IMG/VR virus record: IMGVR_UViG_3300033998_000198
Coordinates: 32,001-96,000 of that record
Direction: 5' to 3' (one strand)
From: a virus
DNA: 64,000 nucleotides
Each line of letters opens with the position of its first letter. Within the stretch, counting starts at the first letter, position 1. Of the stretch, positions 48,364-58,464 are shown piece by piece. Below the pieces are notes generated by a model. That model was given only the letters and a program-made list of their open reading frames with translations, had not been told where the DNA came from and did not search any database. Made by a program: the position numbers and the translations under genes.

Positions 48364-50889
48364 ATGTTCTTAAATACCAGACCGCACAGCAATATACTCA
48401 ATGGATACCAGTACAGCATACGTACTGGTATCCGTTTACCTTCAAACGCCGTCAATTTGGCGTATTATTATAACAAGCCACTGTCACCTGCGGACAACGT
48501 GGTTATTTCAGACACCTCTAAATTTGTTCTGGAGAACGTAAACCAGGAATACGACAATGAACTTATCATGTATCCTGACACAAACGGGATTCTTTCTGTT
48601 GACGGGATTTCTGATCTCGATAGTGAACTGTTTGAAGTAACAGATAAGTTTTGCGACGGAGTTCCGTTATATTATGGGTACAGACTGTACTACAGGCATT
48701 ATGATAAGGTTGGCCCAAACAGCCTTGGTGAATACACAGGCGACAGTATATATTTGATAGGTCTTAACAATAAGCCTATCAGCAAGAACCGGTATAAATA
48801 TTCTATATACCTAAAACCGGACCCTGCAAATCCAGGAATGTATTATGTCTACATATACACCGCATTCCTTCTGAAGAATGAGAATATTATGCGGTGCGTT
48901 TACAATGCAATTGTCGAGAAGACAGTCGGAGGGGTGACAGAGTATGACGTTATACCGGCATACGAGGAACGTATAAATCCGCAGCCGTTTTTTAATTCTT
49001 ACCAGGTGCTTCCCGGAAGTGTCACAGGAAACATACAGACCAACGTAATTAAGATAGACAGCCCTTTAAGGATTCAAGATACAAGGCAGAAGATTAACTT
49101 TAGCTATATTGTCAGAACAAGCGACGGTTCATTCTCATCCAGTCCTGTAACTGCATCTGTCGTTAAAGTAAACTACGCACTTCCGCACGAAAAGGAATTA
49201 TTTATTGGCAAGAGCATGATTGTCTCACCAAGAAACAGCGAAGGGAAACTCATGACTGCAAAGGAAATCATATTACGTGACAATCCAGGAGCGGACCTGA
49301 GCGATAAACTGTTCGTTGTATCATTTGATACTGATATAGATACGGCTGCAAATAAGAACTATATAAACCTGTCAACCGACCCTGATGGAAATTCCGGAAT
49401 CATTGCTGAAACAACAAAAGATACCGGTATAGGATCTGATGGCACAGGAAAGATCGATGTCCCAAATATGTACAAGATAGAAGGTTCTGATATTGTTGCA
49501 GCTTACGGGGTAAAGAAAAAAGACCATAGACAGATCTTGGTTAAACTCCCAACCCAGGAAGGAGTGTTCGAGAACTGGTATCCGAGAATCCAGTATGGTA
49601 GGTTCAGCGTAATTACCACTGAAAATGGAAACCGTGTAAAATACTATTACACACTCCCTGAATACAACCGTGAACTGTATAGTGCAAAATACGGGAAGCC
49701 TTACGTTGATATAGTCGACGAGAAACCTAAAGTTCTTAATTCAAGGGTAATCAAGACGAAATTCTATCCGCTATATGTTGAACTCGAAGATATGAAGTTC
49801 CCAAAGAACCTTACAGTAAACAAGAAGGATGCTTATGGCAACGTTATATCTCTGTCTATTGCTTCATGGAACTGTACAGATGGCATCATCGAACTTGACA
49901 GTATAATCAAGGAGAACGACGAACTTACTGTTTCCTATACCTACGAGGAACAAACATTTACATATCGTGGGTTCATAGACGAAACAATCAACGACTTTGT
50001 AAACCTTGATTTAAACCCTATGCAATATCACATGGTAAAAGTAAAGACCGCAGGTATCTATAAAGACATCCCTGCATACTACCTATTTAATTTTGTCATC
50101 AATATCTGGATGAGACCTGTTGCAATGGCCTATCTTGACAATGATGACAATGAAACTCTGAATACATCTTTCCCGAATGTTACTAACGCCATCTATCATC
50201 GGTTTGATAACGACGATCCGATAGGACCAAATGACATTCTACTTGGGAAGATATATGTAAGGCATAACACAACAGTAAACAGTATTCAGCTTACAGATAC
50301 ACGGGTGCGTGGCGGTGGCGTTATCGAAAGCATGTATGAACCTTTAAGAAAACAGCTTGAACCGGAATCTGACTACTACTGGGACATTGGATACTGGGAT
50401 GGCGAGCCTTACTCAGAGAATGCGGTTGTAATTATTCGCCTTGACAGAAGAATTCTGAAGGATTACGGAGGAAGGTTTACTCCGCAGGAAGTCGAGAAGG
50501 CTGTTAACAAGTTCATAGCATATGGGGTACTGCCGATTATAGAATACGTTGCAACATATAGTTCAGACAATGCTGTCAACAGAGACATCAAGGTTGAAAG
50601 CACTTATAAAAACAAGCTCAACTTCAGACCTATATTCTCAGTTGACTTGTTTAACCAGGTTGTTGTTCCAGATATATCGATAGATTCTGTATATAAATCC
50701 GCACCAGCATGTGGTATAATTAAACTGATTGAAGAAGACATGAGGGAAAACATTATCTGCGGAGAACAATACGAGACAAGCCACAGGCTTGATACTGCCG
50801 ACATTATCGGCATTCACGTTGAGAGAAAATTAATGAAACAGCCAGTGGGAATTCTCAAGATTGTTGACACATCAGAATATATGTATTAG
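48364..50889 (+). CDS. Virion structural protein (841 aa)
   Basis: Long ORF in the baseplate region; beta-rich; ENDELTVSYTY module similar to those in neighbouring genes. Confidence 0.6.
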   Translation: MFLNTRPHSNILNGYQYSIRTGIRLPSNAVNLAYYYNKPLSPADNVVISDTSKFVLENVNQEYDNELIMYPDTNGILSVDGISDLDSELFEVTDKFCDGVPLYYGYRLYYRHYDKVGPNSLGEYTGDSIYLIGLNNKPISKNRYKYSIYLKPDPANPGMYYVYIYTAFLLKNENIMRCVYNAIVEKTVGGVTEYDVIPAYEERINPQPFFNSYQVLPGSVTGNIQTNVIKIDSPLRIQDTRQKINFSYIVRTSDGSFSSSPVTASVVKVNYALPHEKELFIGKSMIVSPRNSEGKLMTAKEIILRDNPGADLSDKLFVVSFDTDIDTAANKNYINLSTDPDGNSGIIAETTKDTGIGSDGTGKIDVPNMYKIEGSDIVAAYGVKKKDHRQILVKLPTQEGVFENWYPRIQYGRFSVITTENGNRVKYYYTLPEYNRELYSAKYGKPYVDIVDEKPKVLNSRVIKTKFYPLYVELEDMKFPKNLTVNKKDAYGNVISLSIASWNCTDGIIELDSIIKENDELTVSYTYEEQTFTYRGFIDETINDFVNLDLNPMQYHMVKVKTAGIYKDIPAYYLFNFVINIWMRPVAMAYLDNDDNETLNTSFPNVTNAIYHRFDNDDPIGPNDILLGKIYVRHNTTVNSIQLTDTRVRGGGVIESMYEPLRKQLEPESDYYWDIGYWDGEPYSENAVVIIRLDRRILKDYGGRFTPQEVEKAVNKFIAYGVLPIIEYVATYSSDNAVNRDIKVESTYKNKLNFRPIFSVDLFNQVVVPDISIDSVYKSAPACGIIKLIEEDMRENIICGEQYETSHRLDTADIIGIHVERKLMKQPVGILKIVDTSEYMY

Positions 50890-51035
50890 ACAACTCCAAA
50901 AGCTATTGGCGAAGTCAGTACCGGTACGTCAACGGAAGTGCATGCAAGTATTGGTGTGGAAGAAAATGATGCATGAACAGCTCCTACTGTATTTATATCT
51001 GTCGATGATAATTAAGACGTAAAGGAGATGGCGAA

Positions 51036-52520
51036 ATGAAACGAATCAAGTTGGGGATTAAAACAAGTGAGAATATGAATTACACCTACAATGTCTACAG
51101 GTCAACATCTCAGCAGGACCTGCCTGACAGTCTTGAGGTTCTTTCTCAGTTAAATCCTTTAATGGTAGTGCAAGAGTCACTACTTCAGAAGGAAGCTACA
51201 AACGTACAGGAGGATATAACCCCTGATAAGTCAAAAGCACCAAGGGCTTTGAAGACTCCATACAAACTAAGTTACGACCCTTTGTGCAGTTCTATACATA
51301 ACTTTGTGCTTAGCATAAAGGACATTGACACACAGGTCCTTGCTCAGTACAATATTAAGTTTAACAACTCAGGAGTAATCCAGAGTGTTACCGAAACCAT
51401 TACAGATGGGTCAACTGTAACAACAAATCTGCATATAAACGGAGACTTTGAGATACTCGGGTCTAACATATTTATTGCAGAAACACTGTTGAACGGTCAT
51501 AAAGCTGTATCTGCAAGCTATTACATCAAGGTCATAAATGTATATGACGACAATGAAAAGCTCTATGACGGAATTGACTACAATGGACCGGTAGCCACCG
51601 GGCTCAGTAAACCTTCTGTGGTAAGAGATATACAAGAATACCAGGTCGCAATGAACACAAAACTGCCTACATTCAAGATTGTATGTAGTGGCAGCGATCA
51701 GGGAGTTGTTTATTACTATAGGATTGTAGCAGAAGATACAATAGGCAATGTATCAGAACCGTCACCGCTTTTCTCCATGCTGCTAAAACAGAACCCTGCC
51801 AATATTATATATAAGCTGGAAGGTTCGTTTGATGTAGGTGTAAAACCCGATGATGAAGTAGTATGGAAGACGCTGCTGCAAGACGCTCACCACAATATAG
51901 AGTACATATTCGGACAGCCTGGTACTGCTGAGTTCGATTCTGTTGGACCAATAGTTCCAGAAACCGTCCCTGCGTTTAATGCAGCACAGGTAAATCTTGA
52001 TACATCCCATGTTGTGTCTGACAATACATTGCAGATTACCATACCTAATGTATGGATGGAGAATACGCCGGTATACAATTCCAGGAAGACTCTTGCGTTA
52101 AGAGCTATTGCTACCGACATGTTTGGTAATATCTCTGATATCAGCGACATCGTTCCGTCCGTTGATGTTGATGTTCCTATTGAAAGAATGGTCATCGTCA
52201 AGAAGGATGTGTCCATGCTGGTAGAAAATCAGGCTGCTCCTGTTGCACTGGATGACGCAAACGCCACAATAATTAAGGATTGGGTAAAAGTTGACGGAAG
52301 ATATTATGACGCTTCAGTTCATACCGGATTCCCCACAAATTTGCAGCTTACAAACTCCCCAATATGTCTGATGACTACAGAATCAACATTTAATACGTTA
52401 ATTACTGTTGATGATTCTGTTGCAGCCGGTCAGATACTCAACTACACAATCCATATCTTCGATGCATATGGAAAAGTTGCTACGGTGTCAAAAGTTGTTG
52501 ATACAACGGTGACTCCATAA
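51036..52520 (+). CDS. Structural protein with FN3-like segments (494 aa)
   Basis: AAGGAG RBS; DQGVVYYYRIVAEDTIGNVSEPS and LRAIATDMFGNISD FN3-like strands. Confidence 0.6.
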   Translation: MKRIKLGIKTSENMNYTYNVYRSTSQQDLPDSLEVLSQLNPLMVVQESLLQKEATNVQEDITPDKSKAPRALKTPYKLSYDPLCSSIHNFVLSIKDIDTQVLAQYNIKFNNSGVIQSVTETITDGSTVTTNLHINGDFEILGSNIFIAETLLNGHKAVSASYYIKVINVYDDNEKLYDGIDYNGPVATGLSKPSVVRDIQEYQVAMNTKLPTFKIVCSGSDQGVVYYYRIVAEDTIGNVSEPSPLFSMLLKQNPANIIYKLEGSFDVGVKPDDEVVWKTLLQDAHHNIEYIFGQPGTAEFDSVGPIVPETVPAFNAAQVNLDTSHVVSDNTLQITIPNVWMENTPVYNSRKTLALRAIATDMFGNISDISDIVPSVDVDVPIERMVIVKKDVSMLVENQAAPVALDDANATIIKDWVKVDGRYYDASVHTGFPTNLQLTNSPICLMTTESTFNTLITVDDSVAAGQILNYTIHIFDAYGKVATVSKVVDTTVTP

Positions 52521-52531
52521 AGGAGGTTGCC

Positions 52532-53002
52532 ATGAATATAGTCAAGGAGAACAGGATTGTATTCAAGCGGCTGGCTGACATTAACGTGACGGCATATAAG
52601 ATATTAGGGAAACAGACTATAAATGGCGAGAGTGTTACAACCACTCTCGCAACCATCCCAAATCCTTCTTCGCCGACACCTGTTAAAATCAGAAAGAAAT
52701 TTGATTACAACCCGAAACTGGAGTTTGAAATAAAAGATGAAGTGTTCTACAACGACGAACACGATGTCGCAGCATACATCAATGGACGCAAACTCATAGA
52801 TGTAGTTACCTTGTACAACCCAAGCAAAAGAACTGTTACATTATTATACCAAGGAATTACAGAGTTTGATATAATAGAAATTGAGTATTACTACGACGGT
52901 ATTGAGTTCATCCACGACACAGACAAGCCGACAGAGTATATCGTGGAATTGGTTGTAGACTATACCTCAAATAACGTGGGGGATCATAATATCTTAATTT
53001 AG
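52532..53002 (+). CDS. Hypothetical structural protein (156 aa)
   Basis: AAGGAGG RBS; ORF in operon. Confidence 0.6.
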   Translation: MNIVKENRIVFKRLADINVTAYKILGKQTINGESVTTTLATIPNPSSPTPVKIRKKFDYNPKLEFEIKDEVFYNDEHDVAAYINGRKLIDVVTLYNPSKRTVTLLYQGITEFDIIEIEYYYDGIEFIHDTDKPTEYIVELVVDYTSNNVGDHNILI

Positions 53003-53017
53003 GTGGTGAGTGGGTTC

Positions 53018-53959
53018 ATGGCCGATCAATTCAGGACATATACAAAGTTCACAAGACATGTCGACAACGCAAAAGAAGTTATAAGTGCCTCTGATATAAA
53101 CAAGATTCAGAGTGCTGTAAATACAGGTGAAACGCACATTATAAAGCTAAACGCCAACGATTTTTTGCAAAGGGCGTTATTTGCGTTTGATAACAACTTT
53201 TACGTCAACAGCATGTTTGCCGATACGCTTGAGAACTTACAGTATATTGACATGTCTCGTTCCACCAATATACTGTACAATGAAAAAGAGAAGTCACTTT
53301 ATCTGGGAGACATGTCGGACAAGGGAAGCGTTATTACAGTACCTATGAGCTCTACAAACGAAACCCCAATGAACGACTTTGTTCTTCTGGTTGATGAATA
53401 TATACCTGTCGGGGCAAGTATTAAGTATTTCCTGTCTGTCAACAACATAGACTTCTATCCTATCAAGGCAAACGATGTCAATAACCCAAACCACTTTAAT
53501 GTTGAATATGACCCTGGTTCAATTCTGAACCTCATATTAAGGATAGAGCTTACCAAGAACTTTGCCGGCGAATCACCGAGAGTATCAGGATATGTTGTGA
53601 TGTACAACGACCCTGTCGTTGAAAGATCTTATGGTCTCATAAATCCGGATCTTGAACGATTCCAACAGGAAAACCTTGGTGATATTATCTTGATCAGAGA
53701 TAGAATGCAGGGTGACAAACTGGTCAAGGTTATTGAGCCAAACATGGTAACAACGCTTGAATACAATGAAGATGGTTCGTTAAAGAATGTTATCACAAAC
53801 GACGGCTCTACAAAAGTTATTGAAACATTGATATACGGCAACTACATAAACAGCCAGGGACAGATTGAAACAGTGTTGTTACAGGTTAGTAGAAAGCAGG
53901 AAACACTTGCCTCCCAGTTGAGCGAAACCTCAGTTTTTGAAGGAGGTAGCAGCTCATGA
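53018..53959 (+). CDS. Appendage-family structural protein (~313 aa; start could be GTG 53003/53006)
   Basis: ISASDINKIQSAV fiber-type N-terminal motif; LILRIELTKN..GESPRVSGYVVMY motif shared with 54543, 56707, 58461 and 62641. Confidence 0.6.
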   Translation: MADQFRTYTKFTRHVDNAKEVISASDINKIQSAVNTGETHIIKLNANDFLQRALFAFDNNFYVNSMFADTLENLQYIDMSRSTNILYNEKEKSLYLGDMSDKGSVITVPMSSTNETPMNDFVLLVDEYIPVGASIKYFLSVNNIDFYPIKANDVNNPNHFNVEYDPGSILNLILRIELTKNFAGESPRVSGYVVMYNDPVVERSYGLINPDLERFQQENLGDIILIRDRMQGDKLVKVIEPNMVTTLEYNEDGSLKNVITNDGSTKVIETLIYGNYINSQGQIETVLLQVSRKQETLASQLSETSVFEGGSSS

Positions 53960-54546
53960 GAATAGAACAACAGTCAAAGAACGTTTACACCAAGAAGCCC
54001 GATAAAATTGAGGCTCACATACTCAGGATTATCGAGCGTTTCTTTGAAACCAATAAAGAAGCGATAGAAGGCACGAGAGAGGAGATTATACAGGAGACTA
54101 TAAGAAGAATCCGCCAAGATACAATCAACTCTTTACGTCAGATTATCATTGAAGAAATCCGGTCTTCAGTAAACGATGAGTTTGGTGTGCTGATTGACAA
54201 ACGTATCAACGACATCATCCTTTCAATATATCAGGGTGTATATACCGTTCCTGTAATTAAGACTCACGAGTACATGGTTACCGTGGACGAATACACTCAT
54301 GAAATACCGATTGAAGGTCAGGAAATAGCCGCTCTTAAAGACAATGACGTATGTGATGTATTTATCAATGGCCTTCTTCATAAAGATTTTACAATAGAGC
54401 AGGATGATCTTGGGTTTGTCAATAAGATTGTCATGGCTGATACCGACCAATTGGTTCCAGGAGATCAGGTATGGATTAGGTTTATGTCACTGTACAATCC
54501 TAAGAGCAATCAGACCAGCACAACGACCGAAGGAGGTACGCCATGA
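53956..54546 (+). CDS. Hypothetical structural protein (196 aa)
   Basis: ATGA overlaps at both ends; N-terminal helical heptad-like region and C-terminal beta module (PGDQVWIRF). Confidence 0.6.
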   Translation: MRIEQQSKNVYTKKPDKIEAHILRIIERFFETNKEAIEGTREEIIQETIRRIRQDTINSLRQIIIEEIRSSVNDEFGVLIDKRINDIILSIYQGVYTVPVIKTHEYMVTVDEYTHEIPIEGQEIAALKDNDVCDVFINGLLHKDFTIEQDDLGFVNKIVMADTDQLVPGDQVWIRFMSLYNPKSNQTSTTTEGGTP

Positions 54547-56696
54547 ACCAAAAGACAATATCTCTTGATGAAGTAAAAATTGCTGTTATAAAGAAGATCT
54601 TGGATGACAAAGTTGCTGCCGGAGAGATACAATCACAGGAGCAGTATGATGCAGAATATAAGATCTTATATAACAAAGTACAGAGTACAAAGACAATCAC
54701 TACTTTGAAAGAACAGTCCGGGTTAACAGACGCAAAATCATTCAACGAGAATATCGTTGATTTGTATATAGATTTGCTTACCGCCTTCGGAGCTATGAAT
54801 GAACTTGACCAGGCAGTAAACAGGCATAAGAAATTAAACGAATCCATTATTAACTCCTTGAAGACACAAGTTGCCAAGATGAACGACGAGGTTAGTAACT
54901 ACGAACAAATCATCAAGGAGCAATGGAACTCTGACAATTATACTGAAGGATTTAGGGATGTAGGATGCTTCGAGGAGAATAACAATCTCTATACAGAAAG
55001 GGACGGGACATTGATGTCATCGTCCTATAAGGCTGTTTTGGACAAATTCAATGAGAGCATTAACTTGCCGTACATAACAAAAACCAATGTTCTCATTCAT
55101 CAGAACGGAACTCCGCTTGCTACAGCGTCGCTTCCAAAACAACTTGGAAGCGGACTTATTACAATAAAGAATGAGAGAAATTCTCTTGACAAGGCAATTG
55201 ATACATCTACAGATACATACTGGGCTGAGTGTATACTGTGCGACACACCGATGCGTGTCGAACTCAGTGACTATTACTATAACACGAATTTTGGAGCGGT
55301 ATGCGAGATTGAGATTTCACTACAGACACCTACTGTAGTGAATGAAATATCTTTGCTTCCATACGGACCATATCCTATGGAGATTATCGCTATAAGGTAT
55401 TTTGAAACTGATGAACCAAGTGAGCCTATAAAAGAAATTGTATTCCCAGGGAATACAGATAAAACACTTGACTATCAGCATATCACAGGGTCAATTAGTT
55501 TTAAATTTACAGACCGGCTTTGCAAGAGGATTAGAATACTGATAAACCAGATTCATTACATAAAGAATAACTTTATTGTAGATAAGGAAGAACAGTCTAA
55601 AAATGAGTTGTGGTTTAATTCAACCGGTACAGTGATTCCGAAACTGGAAGGCCATGAAGTATTTAAGCCGGTATATTATGACAAGGCTCTAAAAGACAGG
55701 GCATGGGTAATATTTAACAACAGTATCGGCGACGTTGCCAATATTGATGTTACAAAACTAATGGAAACAAAGAAGTCTATGAAACCGGTAAGTAAATACC
55801 AATATGTATACGGATTCTATAATATCGGGGTATACTATAATGACTTTCAGGATACAGGAATTTTTGTTAGCAAGACGATAAAGTCCAGGGGAAACATCAA
55901 GACGGTTACATTGGAGTCAAAAGAAATACATCCCGGGAACCAGAACTGTTGTGATATAGAATATTACATCAGTTACGCTGACAACCCGCAAGCTGAGGAT
56001 TGGATTCCGCTGCTTCCAATGGATAAGGAGGTTATCCACAACGAGCTGTTGACAGTGTGGGTAAATGAGGGTCTTCCATACTATTTACTCAGGTTCCCGG
56101 CAAAAGGTAATATCATAGTGAAAGCAAACGGAATTGTTCTTAGTCCTATGTATTACAACACAAGAACCGACAGCAACGGCAATATAAACAGGGTGGCTAT
56201 ATTACCCTACAAGAAGCCTAATGTCAAATACACTGTTGAGTATACTCCAGTTGATAAAGCAAAACGCATTGACTTTATTGACTCCAATGTAAACCCTATC
56301 GTGTCTGCTGATGTTATCCCTGGAACAAACACTAATTATTATTCTCTCTCGAATATTCCGTTTTTATACGAAGGTATGGTGATGAATGTTCAAATCACAA
56401 CCAAGGACGGAAACCTTATCACGCAACAACGTGGAGATATACAGAATGTGACTGACATCTACAGTCCAAGTGAAAGTTATAAGAATTTTACAACCGGTAA
56501 ATTACAATATTACGTTGACAAGGATAAATTATACTTCAATCAGGATATAGCTGCTGGGAATACTATAAAGATAGAATATAGTCATTTTGTAACCCAGATT
56601 AGAGTCAAAGCTATCCTTAGAAGGAATTGCCAAGGTAACAATTGGATTACGCCATCAATTGACGAATTCAGAGTAAAATTCCAGGTTATAGAATAG
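54543..56696 (+). CDS. Appendage-family paralog (coiled coil + discoidin-like module; 717 aa)
   Basis: FNENIVDLYIDL, AIDTSTDTYW and IRVKAILRRN...TPSIDEF motifs shared with neighbours. Confidence 0.6.
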   Translation: MNQKTISLDEVKIAVIKKILDDKVAAGEIQSQEQYDAEYKILYNKVQSTKTITTLKEQSGLTDAKSFNENIVDLYIDLLTAFGAMNELDQAVNRHKKLNESIINSLKTQVAKMNDEVSNYEQIIKEQWNSDNYTEGFRDVGCFEENNNLYTERDGTLMSSSYKAVLDKFNESINLPYITKTNVLIHQNGTPLATASLPKQLGSGLITIKNERNSLDKAIDTSTDTYWAECILCDTPMRVELSDYYYNTNFGAVCEIEISLQTPTVVNEISLLPYGPYPMEIIAIRYFETDEPSEPIKEIVFPGNTDKTLDYQHITGSISFKFTDRLCKRIRILINQIHYIKNNFIVDKEEQSKNELWFNSTGTVIPKLEGHEVFKPVYYDKALKDRAWVIFNNSIGDVANIDVTKLMETKKSMKPVSKYQYVYGFYNIGVYYNDFQDTGIFVSKTIKSRGNIKTVTLESKEIHPGNQNCCDIEYYISYADNPQAEDWIPLLPMDKEVIHNELLTVWVNEGLPYYLLRFPAKGNIIVKANGIVLSPMYYNTRTDSNGNINRVAILPYKKPNVKYTVEYTPVDKAKRIDFIDSNVNPIVSADVIPGTNTNYYSLSNIPFLYEGMVMNVQITTKDGNLITQQRGDIQNVTDIYSPSESYKNFTTGKLQYYVDKDKLYFNQDIAAGNTIKIEYSHFVTQIRVKAILRRNCQGNNWITPSIDEFRVKFQVIE

Positions 56697-56706
56697 GAGG
56701 TCGGAC

Positions 56707-58464
56707 ATGTCGAACTTGATGCAATTATTGAATAAATCAAAGACCATAGATGAAAAGGCTTCAGCTATATTCAGCGAACTTATCGGCCAATACAATCATG
56801 GCGAGATAAAGACTGAAACCGAGCTTTTATACAAAGTCTTCAATGCTTTGAATGATTTCTATGCGTCTATCGGCAAGCCAACATACAAGTTTCGTCCAGC
56901 AAAAGGAACACCTGTGTCCGAACACTACAACTCAATGATAAAAGAAGCTGTTGCTGATATATCGTCAATATTGGCTGAAAGTGACAATCTATCCGATATT
57001 CTTGACCAGTCATTCACCGAAATAGAGGTTGACAGAAAGATGCTCCAGAACAAAATCAAGTATATCGGAAAACTCCTTGACAAAGTAAAGATTGCAGCAC
57101 AGGACTCCAGGAACAGATTGGTTTTTGGAGATTCGTTTGTAAACACGAAACAGATGGATACAGACATGATTAAAGGCATTCCGGCATCTATCAACATCAC
57201 CGAAGGTGTGTTGACATTAAACAAACTTCAGGCAGAAGACTACTCCAGCACATGTGATGTTGAGATACTTTCGGACTCCAATGGGTTTCCTGGTAATACC
57301 CATGTTGCAGACATTCTTGATGGTTCATTGCATTTTAGCGGAGAAGACAATCTTCATATAAACTTAAAGGACATCATCGACGGGAACAATGACACATGGT
57401 TTGAGTATGAAATCTTCTCAGTTACCAACGAAGTTTACGAACAAACTGTTGGTCTTGGATTTAATTATAAGGAAAATGTAAGCTGGATAACCGAAGAAGG
57501 ACCATTAAGGCTTGTTATCAGACTGACACTTAAACAACCAAAAACATGCAATTGGTTGTCGCTGTCTCCGTTTATCCCTGAACATAAAGGCGTTAAAGCA
57601 CCACAGATAAGCAGTATCATAATATCTGACGGTAAAGGTACAGTCCAGAATATAACCTCTGGCAAACGTAGCTTTGACAGTGATATCATATATATCTTCC
57701 AGACTCAGGTATGCAAGACTGTTACAGTTGTGTTTGAGCAGCCTTTATCCTATGATATTAACATAGGCCACTTCTTTTTTACAGAGGTATCGTCATCTAA
57801 TGAGAACTATTTTGATACCACTGAATCAAAAGGCGGCCGTGTAGATGGACCAAGCCCATCTATTGAACTGCTCGGATTAAAATACGACAGCAAGGCGAAG
57901 AAAGTCGTTAATCCTTCCTATACCGAAGGTTCTAACTTTATTGACGACGCAAAAGTTAAGAAGGAACTATTTACATTTCCTTCAGATACAGCCAATATAA
58001 AGGCCGGAAAAGAGATACTGCCTGCATCAAGATATCACATAGGCATCAAGGGGATCAATATATCCTGTTACACCTTTGACCAGTCAAGTGAGTATATATC
58101 CACAGCATATGAGTCTGATGAATCTATAGCTACGGTTTCCCTGGATGTAACTGAAATGATACCACGAAGTTATGGTGAAGGCGAATGGATCAAATATAGT
58201 ATCTCAGTTGATGACGGACAAAACTGGTATCCGATTGTTCCTACATTCAAATCATATGCCGGCAAATCCGTTTATTATATCAACAGTAATACTCCGGTAG
58301 AGCTAAGGCACCCCGCAAATGGCTATATTGAAACCGGGAGCGACGTATATTCGTTAAGGCTCAAAATAGAACTATCAAGACCTACAGGTGTAAATGATGT
58401 ATACACTACTCCTATTGTTTCGGGATATAATATCAAAGTAACCACTGGAGGGAAGAAAAAATGA
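56707..58464 (+). CDS. Appendage-family paralog (585 aa)
   Basis: YNSMIKEAVADI, IIDGNNDTWF and LRLKIELSRP...TPIVSGY motifs. Confidence 0.6.
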   Translation: MSNLMQLLNKSKTIDEKASAIFSELIGQYNHGEIKTETELLYKVFNALNDFYASIGKPTYKFRPAKGTPVSEHYNSMIKEAVADISSILAESDNLSDILDQSFTEIEVDRKMLQNKIKYIGKLLDKVKIAAQDSRNRLVFGDSFVNTKQMDTDMIKGIPASINITEGVLTLNKLQAEDYSSTCDVEILSDSNGFPGNTHVADILDGSLHFSGEDNLHINLKDIIDGNNDTWFEYEIFSVTNEVYEQTVGLGFNYKENVSWITEEGPLRLVIRLTLKQPKTCNWLSLSPFIPEHKGVKAPQISSIIISDGKGTVQNITSGKRSFDSDIIYIFQTQVCKTVTVVFEQPLSYDINIGHFFFTEVSSSNENYFDTTESKGGRVDGPSPSIELLGLKYDSKAKKVVNPSYTEGSNFIDDAKVKKELFTFPSDTANIKAGKEILPASRYHIGIKGINISCYTFDQSSEYISTAYESDESIATVSLDVTEMIPRSYGEGEWIKYSISVDDGQNWYPIVPTFKSYAGKSVYYINSNTPVELRHPANGYIETGSDVYSLRLKIELSRPTGVNDVYTTPIVSGYNIKVTTGGKKK

